Assembly (NCBI GenBank): GCA_046758505.1
Contig: JBHIAH010000017.1
Coordinates: 1-45,265 of the forward strand
Length of the DNA: 45,265 bases
Direction of reading: 5' to 3'
From: Candidatus Methylomirabilales bacterium
GTDB taxonomy: Bacteria > Methylomirabilota > Methylomirabilia > Methylomirabilales > CSP1-5
Both the position numbers and the translations under genes were made by a program. This document shows, piece after piece, positions 17,513 through 25,313 of this stretch. Below the pieces are notes generated by a model. That model saw nothing but the letters and a program-made list of their open reading frames with translations. It was not told the DNA's origin and made no database searches. Each line of letters starts with the position of its first letter. The stretch's first letter is position 1.

Positions 17513-18074
17513 TGGGGCACCGGGTGACTCCGGAGTGGTTTTCTGTGGCGCGTCCCGCTCCCTGGTGCTCAAAGCTCTTCCTCGTATCCAGGTGTGGCCG
17601 GTGGCGGAGTATATCGGATTTGACTTTCACGATGCAACATCCTTAATCACCCCTCGGGTTCCTCGAGGGACTGGCGAAGATGCTGCAGCCGTCGGCCCCC
17701 GCCATGAGAGGGTTCTGTTCCTGCTCCCCACTCTCTGTCCTATCAGGCCAACCCCTGCCCACTTTTTCACCTTCCCTCTTCGCAAGGGGAGCCAGAACCA
17801 TACCTTCCACAAATGGTCTTCGCGGGGCATCGCCTCCCCACTGTGGCACTGGTGCCCCAGCAGAAACCCTTGTCATGAGAGGAAAATTACGTAGGCGAGA
17901 AGCTATCGCTGTCCCATGCCAGGGACAGTCGAGAACCACAAATTGAGCTGAACCCGGAACGTGCTCGAAAATTCGCGGAGTTAGCGACACCACGTCTCTG
18001 GCACCCTTCTTGCCGGCCATGCTGGGAAGATTGGCAACCTCATGAAATTCCAGATGCGTGAACTTGAACAGGAG

Positions 18075-18178
18075 TGGGAGTGAGCGGAACTGGTGGACGG
18101 TTCCCTCACGATAACCACGGCACCGGGTGAGGGAACCCGCATCACGGTGAGAACACCCCTGGGTGAGGAGAAAGCGAA
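18075..18178 (+). pseudogene. Remnant of the 3' end of a HisKA_3 sensor kinase (HATPase tail)
   Basis: TGG GAG TGA GCG GAA CTG... reads W-E-*-AELVDGSLTITTAPGEGTRITVRTPL. This matches the kinase tails RERAQGIGAHLEVAATPGRGTRVMVRLP and RERAESVAGSLQVQSQPGRGTSVVVRLP. No upstream kinase body is present. Confidence 0.75.
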
Positions 18179-18856
18179 ATGGAAGGACCGGTTCGCGTCC
18201 TGGTGGCCGACGACCACATCCTCTTCCGCAGCGGGTTAATCAGTCTATTATCCGCCGAGCCCGGGATTGAGGTGGTGGGTGAGGCCGACACCGGCCGGAG
18301 GACGGTGGAGAAGACCAGGGAACTCATGCCGGATGTAGTCCTCATGGACGTCTACATGCCGGACTGGGATGGGATCGAAACCACCCGTCACCTGAAGGCC
18401 GAGCTTCCCTACGTCAAGATCATCATCCTGACGATTGCCGAAGATGAGAAAGTCCTCTTCGAGGCGGTGAAGGCCGGGGCCCAGGGGTATCTTCTGAAAA
18501 AGATCGAGCCCCAGCAGCTCTTCGACCAGATTCGAGCGGTCGCGTGCGGTGAGGGGGCGATCGCGGGCCACCTGGCCGCCAGGCTGCTCAAGGAATTTGC
18601 CCGCCAGAACAAACCGGACGGGGCGCACCCCTTGCAGGAGCTCACGGGCCGGGAGCGCGAAGTGCTCCAGCTCGTTACCCAGGGCAAGACGAACAAGGAG
18701 ATTGCCGGTGAGCTTTGCATCGCCGAGAACACGGTGAAGAACCACTTGAAGAACATTCTCGAAAAGCTCCACCTCCAAAACCGCGTCCAGGCGGTCGCCT
18801 TTGCCCTCCGACAAGGGTTAAGTGTCCCATCGCCTTCCAACCAAGCCAACCAATAA
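18179..18856 (+). CDS. NarL/LuxR-family response regulator (paralog 2, orphaned)
   Basis: VRVLVADDH...PDVVLMD...GAQGYLLK, and HTH LTGREREVL...NKEIA...TVKNHLKNILEKL. Confidence 0.95.
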   Translation: MEGPVRVLVADDHILFRSGLISLLSAEPGIEVVGEADTGRRTVEKTRELMPDVVLMDVYMPDWDGIETTRHLKAELPYVKIIILTIAEDEKVLFEAVKAGAQGYLLKKIEPQQLFDQIRAVACGEGAIAGHLAARLLKEFARQNKPDGAHPLQELTGREREVLQLVTQGKTNKEIAGELCIAENTVKNHLKNILEKLHLQNRVQAVAFALRQGLSVPSPSNQANQ

Positions 18857-18924
18857 TCCAGCCACGAGCCCCTTTGGTCCACGGATCCCCCTTTTGATGG
18901 CGTCCGCCGGTTCAAAGAACCTCC

Positions 18925-19014
18925 TAGCCCAAAGGGGCTATCGAGCATAGCCCTTCTTTTTCAGAAAATTAGCTCCTCCAGGGGATAGGCAGCTCTCTTC
19001 GTTCCGCCTAGACT
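18925..19014 (+). promoter_or_regulatory. Conserved promoter element, copy 3
   Basis: Perfect palindrome TAGCCC-AAAG-GGGCTA (18925-18940), then GGGCTA-N7-TAGCCC...GAAAA, which aligns with the reverse complement of 591-659. GGGGATA lies 21 nt before TAGACT (19009-19014). Confidence 0.65.
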
Positions 19015-19095
19015 TCTCACGAGGTTAAAGGAGCGAGGGATGCCTGTGTCGCACACTGTTTCGCCGAGTGCCAGGATTAGTAGGAGGTAGCTCCC

Positions 19096-19614
19096 GTGGG
19101 CTGGGGAAGGTTCGGGCTTGTCCTGAGTGTGGTTGCTGTTCTCGTCGGCTGCGGCGGAATCCCGCCGCTCCCGTCGGGATCGCTCGATCCACTGGGGCCG
19201 GTGACGACCAGCCCGGGGAAGACCGCGGAAGGGCCCGGCGCAAGAGATGAGACCCCGCCTCAATCAACGGCCGCGTCCGCCGGGGAAACAGGGAGTATGA
19301 AGCAGGCCAAAGTGTGGGTTGGGCGGTATCGGGACAGCCGGGGCGAGGGGGACATCACGTTTTCCCTGGTTCGGAAAGAAGCGACCCTGTACGGGGTCTG
19401 GACACTCAGAACGGGAGGAGGTGGGCCGGTCAAGGGGACGATCGGATCGGACGGAGAGGCGCTGACCTTCCGCATGGAGAACACCGCGCCGGAGTGCCAG
19501 GGGTTCTTTACCGGGCACGGCATGGTGGAGCAGAAGGTCATTCGGGGGGCGTACGAAGGGAAAGATTGCCAGGGAGAGGTATCGGACGGGTACCTCGAGC
19601 TTCGGTTGAAGTAG
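19096..19614 (+). CDS. Hypothetical lipoprotein
   Basis: AGGAGG SD and GTG start, lipobox VLVGC, Pro/Ser/Thr linker, then a beta-rich domain with two Cys. Confidence 0.75.
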   Translation: MGWGRFGLVLSVVAVLVGCGGIPPLPSGSLDPLGPVTTSPGKTAEGPGARDETPPQSTAASAGETGSMKQAKVWVGRYRDSRGEGDITFSLVRKEATLYGVWTLRTGGGGPVKGTIGSDGEALTFRMENTAPECQGFFTGHGMVEQKVIRGAYEGKDCQGEVSDGYLELRLK

Positions 19615-19673
19615 TCGCCTGCAGGTATCTCTTCGTGGGTGAGCAATGAATGCTGGGCGAAAGGAGGTATGAT

Positions 19674-20864
19674 ATGTCGAAGCGAACTGTGGCCCTCTGC
19701 GCGACGCTTGCCATGTTGGCGACTGGCCTGATCATGGCGCCGTCCGCGTGGGCGGTCCCGGCCTTTGCGCGGGCATACGGCATGAGCTGTTCGGGCTGCC
19801 ACACCACCTGGCCGGCGCTGAACGCCACCGGGCGGAAGTTCAAAGAGAACGGATACACGTTCCAGCGCGGAAAGCCCAAGGAGATGAAGAATATCGGGAA
19901 GCTGGGGAACATCCCGATCACCTTTCCCTGGGCCCTGGTGGTCAAGAGCCGCCCCTACGACAAGAAGGAGAACAAGGACACGAAGCTTCGCGCACTTCAC
20001 GAGCTCGAGTTCTTCGTCGCCGGCAACGCCTGGAACTACGGATCCTTCTTCGCCGAGTTCGAAGCGGAAGACGAGGCGGGTTTCGACTTCGAGCTGGCGC
20101 ATGCGGTCGGCGGCATTCACCCGCACCCCCTGGCCAATATCGTCCTCGGGAAGGCGCAGGTGTTTCACGTCGATCCGCACGATACCCTCACCAACGATCG
20201 CCGGCTCACGCGGAGCAAGCGGCAGGCGTTGGCCCAGGGGGAAACAACCGGGGTCACGCTGGATTCACCGGTCCAGATGGTGAGCCTCTACGGGCGGGAG
20301 ACGGTCGCCAACAAAGTCTTCTATGCGCTGACCTATTCGGCCGACGTGAAGGATGACGAGGGGGAAGGCCCCAAGGATTGGACGGGGCGGCTGGTCGTCG
20401 ACGTCCTTCCCCAGGTCTCGGTCGGGGGCTTCATCACCACCGGCGAGCAGGCAAAGACCGTCGGGGCGATCACCCGCGAGCTCGACTTCAAGCGGTACGG
20501 GTTTGACGTCCAGGCGCAGATTGACGGCGTGAACGTGCTCGGGGCCTTTGTGAAGGCGGAGGACGATCTGTTCGCGGCCGGGGATGAACAGAACAATCTC
20601 TGGTACGGCGAGATCTACTATACCGTGGACAAGAAGGTCCTGGATAGCGTCGGCATCCCCGGGGTCAGAATCGTCCCCATCTTCCGGTTCGACCAGTACG
20701 AAAAAATGGATGGGGACCAACGGTTCAAGGAGGTCACGGCGAACATTTCCTACTATCCCTGGGAGAACGTGAGGGTGTACACTGAGTTCTTCAAGCCCCT
20801 CGATGCGCCGTCGGGAACGGCAAAGCCGTGGCGGTGGACGGTGCAGGTCGAGTTCGGGTTCTGA
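19674..20864 (+). CDS. cyc2: Cyc2-like outer-membrane monoheme cytochrome-porin fusion (copy 1)
   Basis: Signal peptide, then AVPAFARAYGMSCSGCHTTWPALNATGRKFKENGY (AxPxFAR-x5-CxxCH-PxL signature). Amphipathic beta-strands and a C-terminal Phe (VQVEFGF). Start ATG 19674 with AGGAGG SD. Confidence 0.75.
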   Translation: MSKRTVALCATLAMLATGLIMAPSAWAVPAFARAYGMSCSGCHTTWPALNATGRKFKENGYTFQRGKPKEMKNIGKLGNIPITFPWALVVKSRPYDKKENKDTKLRALHELEFFVAGNAWNYGSFFAEFEAEDEAGFDFELAHAVGGIHPHPLANIVLGKAQVFHVDPHDTLTNDRRLTRSKRQALAQGETTGVTLDSPVQMVSLYGRETVANKVFYALTYSADVKDDEGEGPKDWTGRLVVDVLPQVSVGGFITTGEQAKTVGAITRELDFKRYGFDVQAQIDGVNVLGAFVKAEDDLFAAGDEQNNLWYGEIYYTVDKKVLDSVGIPGVRIVPIFRFDQYEKMDGDQRFKEVTANISYYPWENVRVYTEFFKPLDAPSGTAKPWRWTVQVEFGF

Positions 20865-20869
20865 GGGCG

Positions 20870-20997
20870 CGTGCCGGCAGGGCACTCTCCTTCGCCGGCA
20901 CGGGCAGCCCTCGCACAGGGCCGTTTCACGGACAGGCCAACGCAAGGGCTCCACAACCGCTGAAGCCGCGGGGAGGGAAGGACCTCCCTCCCCGCGG
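20870..20997 (+). other. Two strong intergenic stem-loops
   Basis: CGTGCCGGC (20870-20878) pairs with GCCGGCACG (20894-20902). A perfect 13-bp stem CCGCGGGGAGGGA / TCCCTCCCCGCGG (20966-20997) has a 6-nt loop. No long U tract follows. Confidence 0.7.
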
Positions 20998-21019
20998 ACT
21001 TTCCCGGATGAGGAGAGGA

Positions 21020-22198
21020 GTGAAACTCTTGATGACTGCATGCCGAGCGATTTTGGCCTTCGTCGTCGTTAGTCTTCTCACGCTGACCTCGACGCCGCCC
21101 GTTGCGGCTGATGACACCCCCGAAGAGGTTTTCGAGGAAACCTGCGCGCTCTGCCACAGCCTCGATCGTGCGAAGGAGCGGCACCTCACCCGCAGCGAGT
21201 GGAACGAGGTTCTCGACCGCATGGTCGGGTTTGGGGCGCAGATCTCCGACAAGAAGCGGGGGATGATCCTCGCGTACCTGGTCAAGACGCAGGGGCCCCA
21301 GAAGGCGCCAGCGGCCAAGGCACCGAGAGCGTATGTGGTCAGCGAAAAGTCCGAGGAGGTGTGGGTCATCGACGTGGCGACCCGCAAGGTGGAGCGCAAG
21401 ATCAAGGTCGGCAAGCTCCCCCACGGCATCGCTGCCTCCCCGGACGGCAAGGCCCTTTACGTCACGAACATGGGGAGTAACGATATCACGGTCATCAATA
21501 CGAAGACCTACGAGACCACCACCATGGGCGGGACCGGCCTGAACCCCCACGAATGCGCGGTAAGCCCCGCGGGCCGGTTCCTCTACGTGTCGAACCCGAG
21601 CAGTAACGCCATAACCGTGCACGACATGGCGACTCATACCCCGGTTGCCACGATCCCGGTTGGGCGATTTCCGCATGGCGTGGTCATCTCGGCCGATGGA
21701 AAAATGCTCTATGCAGCCAACATGGAGTCCCACAGCATCTCGGTGGTCGATACGGCCACGAATCAGGTGAGTGCCACCATTCAGACGGCCGCCGGACCGC
21801 ACAAGCTGGCCCTGAGTCCGGACGGCAAATTCCTGTACGTCGTCAACACGGATGACAACCGCCTTTCGATTATCGACACGGCCCAAGGTCGCCAAGTCAA
21901 ATCGGTGCTGGTGGGCCGGGCGCCCTACGACGTCACGGTTGGGACCGGCGGGACCACCGTCTGGGTCGCCAACGGTGAATCTGATAGTGTCGAGGCGCTC
22001 GACAGCCGGACCGGCGAGGTGCTGGCCACCGTGACCGTGTCGGGCAGTCCGCACGGGCTGGCCCTCACCCCTGACGGCAAGGAGCTGTGGGTCGCCGACA
22101 TCGCTGCCAACGCCGTCGCGATCGTCGATATCGCCCAGCGAAAGGTCGTCGCCACTATCCCCGTGGGGAATCATCCCCACCTCGTCCTCATCCGCTGA
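21020..22198 (+). CDS. Periplasmic monoheme cytochrome c fused to a 7-bladed YVTN/YncE-type beta-propeller
   Basis: Signal peptide, CALCH...W..VLDRM cytochrome domain, then seven (V/T)G..P(H/Y)...SPDG-type repeats. Start near 21020-21032 after AGGAGAGGAG. Confidence 0.85.
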   Translation: MKLLMTACRAILAFVVVSLLTLTSTPPVAADDTPEEVFEETCALCHSLDRAKERHLTRSEWNEVLDRMVGFGAQISDKKRGMILAYLVKTQGPQKAPAAKAPRAYVVSEKSEEVWVIDVATRKVERKIKVGKLPHGIAASPDGKALYVTNMGSNDITVINTKTYETTTMGGTGLNPHECAVSPAGRFLYVSNPSSNAITVHDMATHTPVATIPVGRFPHGVVISADGKMLYAANMESHSISVVDTATNQVSATIQTAAGPHKLALSPDGKFLYVVNTDDNRLSIIDTAQGRQVKSVLVGRAPYDVTVGTGGTTVWVANGESDSVEALDSRTGEVLATVTVSGSPHGLALTPDGKELWVADIAANAVAIVDIAQRKVVATIPVGNHPHLVLIR

Positions 22199-22449
22199 TC
22201 CTTTCGTGCACTGCTCGCCGCTCCGGTGGCAGCCTGAGCACGACCAGCTGCCCCAGGCCGCCCCGACTGGCTGCTACCCGCTCTGACCTGCTCCAGGCAA
22301 CCGGCTCGTTGGCGTGAGAAGGGCCGGCATAATGAACCGCTCATTTTCGATACCGAGCAACGGGCGGTCGAGGGAGGTCAAGAGTCCAACGTCGCATGCC
22401 GATTGGCCTCCCGACCCTCAAAGGAACTGTTGCCAGGAGGAGTAGGACG

Positions 22450-24429
22450 GTGGTCGCGCCGTCGCCTAGTTTCCCTGGGAAGATGAGTCGGAGGCTCAGC
22501 CTGGCCGCTGCCTCGCTCTTCTCTTTGGTCCTCGTGGTTGGGGGGATCTCTATCCTGCTGGCGTATTGGATCTTGGAAAGCACCGATCAGATCGAAACGC
22601 TGAGCGAAGAGATCAAGGGCATCGACCAGATCCATTTCACGGCCCATCACTTGGTCGATACCATCTCATATGCCGCAACCCGTGGGAGACCCGATGCCGG
22701 AGACGATCTTCCGCACATCATCTCGAATCTGAGCGGTCAGGTGCAGGCGTATCTCACGTATTTGAAGACGAACAAGGGTCTTCTGGAAGAGGAGCTCGAG
22801 TTTGAGATTTTCCAGGAGCTCATGGGCACCGCCTCCGACCTCGGCCGCGTCTCCGAGAGGATCTTCGGAGCGGTCACGCGGGGGAATCAGGCAAAGGCCG
22901 GCGATCTTCAAAGCCTCCTTGGACTTATCCGCAGGATTCACCGTCGGGCTGAACAGCTTACCCATATCCACCAAGCGAAGATCCGCCAACTCGTCCAGAG
23001 TAGCGAGGCGAAGATGCGGCTCATCCTACTTTTTTATTTGGCCTTCGTTTTGGTTGGCGGCCTGCTGATCGTGATGGGGAGTTACTTTTTTTCCCGGGCC
23101 ATCGTTGCCCCTCTCCGGACATTGGCGACCGCCACGCAGGAAGTGGCCGGCGGACACTTCAAGAAGCGGGTTTCCGTCTCCTCCAATGACGAGATCGGCC
23201 AACTCTCCCATGCCTTCAACGTAATGGCCGAGAAGTTAGAGCAACACGAGGAGCAGCTAACAAGCCTGAACGAAAGCTTAGAACACAAGGTGCGAGAGGC
23301 GGAGGCCCTCTACAAGATCGGGACGGAGATTCTGGGGCTGTTGGATCTCGACAAGGTCCTGCACTCCGTCGTGGAGAAGGCAAAGGATCTGCTGGGCTGT
23401 GAGATCGGTGCGCTATGTCTGCTAGATGATGAAAAGGACGAACTGGTTCCCCGGGTGACCAGCGGCCCCGCCGAGGCCTTTGGGAAGGGGAGGAGCAAGC
23501 GGGTGGACCGGGACCTGGCAGTCGCCCCGACGGCCCATTGCCCCCCGGCGCAAGGAGCAGGAGGTCAAGGGAGATCTCTCTTTCGTTGCGCGATGGTGAA
23601 GCCCGAATACCTCGAGGCCCATCTGACCGTCCCCTTGAAAAGAGGGGAGAAAGTGATCGGGGTCTTCTGCGTCGGGGATAGGAGGCCTCGGGAGTTCTCT
23701 GCCGCCGAGGTCGACCTGCTCGCGGGTCTCGCCACGCAGGCCGCCATCGCCATTGAGAATGCCAAGCTTTACGAGAGGACACAAGGCTTGGCTATCCTGG
23801 AGGAGCGGGAGCGGATCGCCCGGGAGATGCATGATGGCCTGGCCCAGGCCTTGGGCGCCATGCACTTCCGGATCAGCAGGGCTCAAGAGTTGCTGAAGGG
23901 GCCCCAAACGGCCAGGGTCCAGAACGCCCTCGAGGAGATCCGGAAGATGGCCGAGGGCGCCTATGAAGAGATCCGTCAGGCCATCTTTGGCCTGCGAACC
24001 ATGGTCTCCCGAACGTTGGGGTTGGTCCCGACCCTGACGGAGTATCTGCACGAGTGGAGCCTCCAGAACGGCGTCGCCGCCGATCTCGAGATCGCCAACA
24101 AGAAGGCGATCAACCTTTCACCGGAGGCGGAATTACAACTGATCCGGATTATCCAAGAAGCATTGGCGAATGTGCGGAAGCATGCCGCGGCACGACACGC
24201 CCGGGTACGGTTCGAACTGGATGGGGACCATCTCCTCGTAACGGTCGCCGACGACGGAAGGGGGTTTGATCTGGCCGAGCTGCCACGGCGAACGAGTCAG
24301 AGCTTCGGATTCGAGACGATGCGGGAGAGGGCGGAATCAGTGGCCGGAAGCCTCCAGGTGCAGTCGCAACCCGGAAGAGGGACTTCCGTCGTCGTTCGCC
24401 TTCCCTTTTCCGGGGACGGGAGATTATAG
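22450..24429 (+). CDS. Sensor histidine kinase (periplasmic sensor - HAMP - GAF - HisKA_3 - HATPase)
   Basis: Two TMs, DEIGQLSHAFNVMA, GAF ending LATQAAIAIENAKLY, ERERIAREMHDGLAQ, QEALANVRKHA and DDGRGF. Probable GTG start at 22450. Confidence 0.95.
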   Translation: MVAPSPSFPGKMSRRLSLAAASLFSLVLVVGGISILLAYWILESTDQIETLSEEIKGIDQIHFTAHHLVDTISYAATRGRPDAGDDLPHIISNLSGQVQAYLTYLKTNKGLLEEELEFEIFQELMGTASDLGRVSERIFGAVTRGNQAKAGDLQSLLGLIRRIHRRAEQLTHIHQAKIRQLVQSSEAKMRLILLFYLAFVLVGGLLIVMGSYFFSRAIVAPLRTLATATQEVAGGHFKKRVSVSSNDEIGQLSHAFNVMAEKLEQHEEQLTSLNESLEHKVREAEALYKIGTEILGLLDLDKVLHSVVEKAKDLLGCEIGALCLLDDEKDELVPRVTSGPAEAFGKGRSKRVDRDLAVAPTAHCPPAQGAGGQGRSLFRCAMVKPEYLEAHLTVPLKRGEKVIGVFCVGDRRPREFSAAEVDLLAGLATQAAIAIENAKLYERTQGLAILEERERIAREMHDGLAQALGAMHFRISRAQELLKGPQTARVQNALEEIRKMAEGAYEEIRQAIFGLRTMVSRTLGLVPTLTEYLHEWSLQNGVAADLEIANKKAINLSPEAELQLIRIIQEALANVRKHAAARHARVRFELDGDHLLVTVADDGRGFDLAELPRRTSQSFGFETMRERAESVAGSLQVQSQPGRGTSVVVRLPFSGDGRL

Positions 24430-25095
24430 ATGGATACCTTCAGGATCCTCCTGGTGGACGATCACGCCCTTTTTCGCGACGGGCTGGCAAGCCTCCTGGC
24501 GGAACAGGCAGACTTTGAGGTGGTGGGGGAGGCCGAGAGTGGGGAAGAAGCGCTCGAGAGAGCCAAGGAGTTGGAGCCTGATCTCATCCTGATGGATATC
24601 TACATGCCGGGCGGGGATGGCCTGACCGCCACCCGCCGGATCAAGGAAGAGATGCCCTCCGTCAAAATCGTTATGCTCACGATCTCTGAGGAGGATCAAA
24701 AGCTCTTCGACGCCGTTAAGAGCGGAGCCCAGGGCTATCTCCTGAAGAGAATGAAGGCTCAGCAGTTCCTCGAGTTGCTCCGGGGAATCTCCCGGGGCGA
24801 GGCCCCCATCTCTCGCGCTATGGCGGCCAAGATCCTGGCCGAGTTCGCCCGCCAGGCCCCCCACGATCCCGGGTCGGCACCCGGCCTTCGACTCAGCCCC
24901 CGGGAGCGGGAAGTCCTCGAGCTCTTGACAAAGGGGCAGACCAACAAAGAGATTGCAACCGCGCTGGGGATCAGCGAAAACACGGTGAAAAATCGCCTCA
25001 AGAGTATCCTGGAGAAGCTCCACCTCGAGAACCGGGTCCAGGCCGTAGCTTACGCCCTCGAGAGGGGCTTGGTCAAAAGGACCCCTCCCGGCTAG
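24430..25095 (+). CDS. NarL/LuxR-family response regulator (paralog 3)
   Basis: RILLVDDH...PDLILMD...GAQGYLLK, and HTH LSPREREVL...TVKNRLKSILEKL; abuts the kinase stop. Confidence 0.95.
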   Translation: MDTFRILLVDDHALFRDGLASLLAEQADFEVVGEAESGEEALERAKELEPDLILMDIYMPGGDGLTATRRIKEEMPSVKIVMLTISEEDQKLFDAVKSGAQGYLLKRMKAQQFLELLRGISRGEAPISRAMAAKILAEFARQAPHDPGSAPGLRLSPREREVLELLTKGQTNKEIATALGISENTVKNRLKSILEKLHLENRVQAVAYALERGLVKRTPPG

Positions 25096-25134
25096 ACCCA
25101 ATCGAGCTCTCCCCTCACATCTCAGGTACCCAGT

Positions 25135-25162
25135 AGGGCTCTCGGACGGGAGCCCTTTTTTT
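25135..25162 (+). terminator. Intrinsic terminator
   Basis: AGGGCTCTC-GGAC-GGGAGCCCT stem-loop followed by a T run, about 40 nt after the regulator stop. Confidence 0.85.
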
Positions 25163-25170
25163 GTGTCAAC

Positions 25171-25216
25171 TTGCCCCATCTGGGGGCTACCGCACCGAGG
25201 CGACGCGACGTATCCT
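25171..25216 (+). promoter_or_regulatory. Conserved promoter element, copy 4 (proximal site only)
   Basis: TTGCCCCATCTGGGGGCTA, 21 nt, then TATCCT (25211-25216); same spacing as copies 1-3. Confidence 0.55.
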
Positions 25217-25313
25217 CCTCTAGTGGAGGGCCGACTATGATTCACCAAGCCGCCACGCAACGCCGATCGGTCCTCGGCGGGCTCCGGTCACCATTTCCGA
25301 GAGGAGGAAAGGG

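Noticed and set aside
21020..22198. NirS/NirN cytochrome cd1 nitrite reductase
   Set aside because: It is too short (about 390 aa), has seven YVTN-type blades rather than the eight-bladed d1 domain, and no heme d1 biosynthesis genes are in the window.
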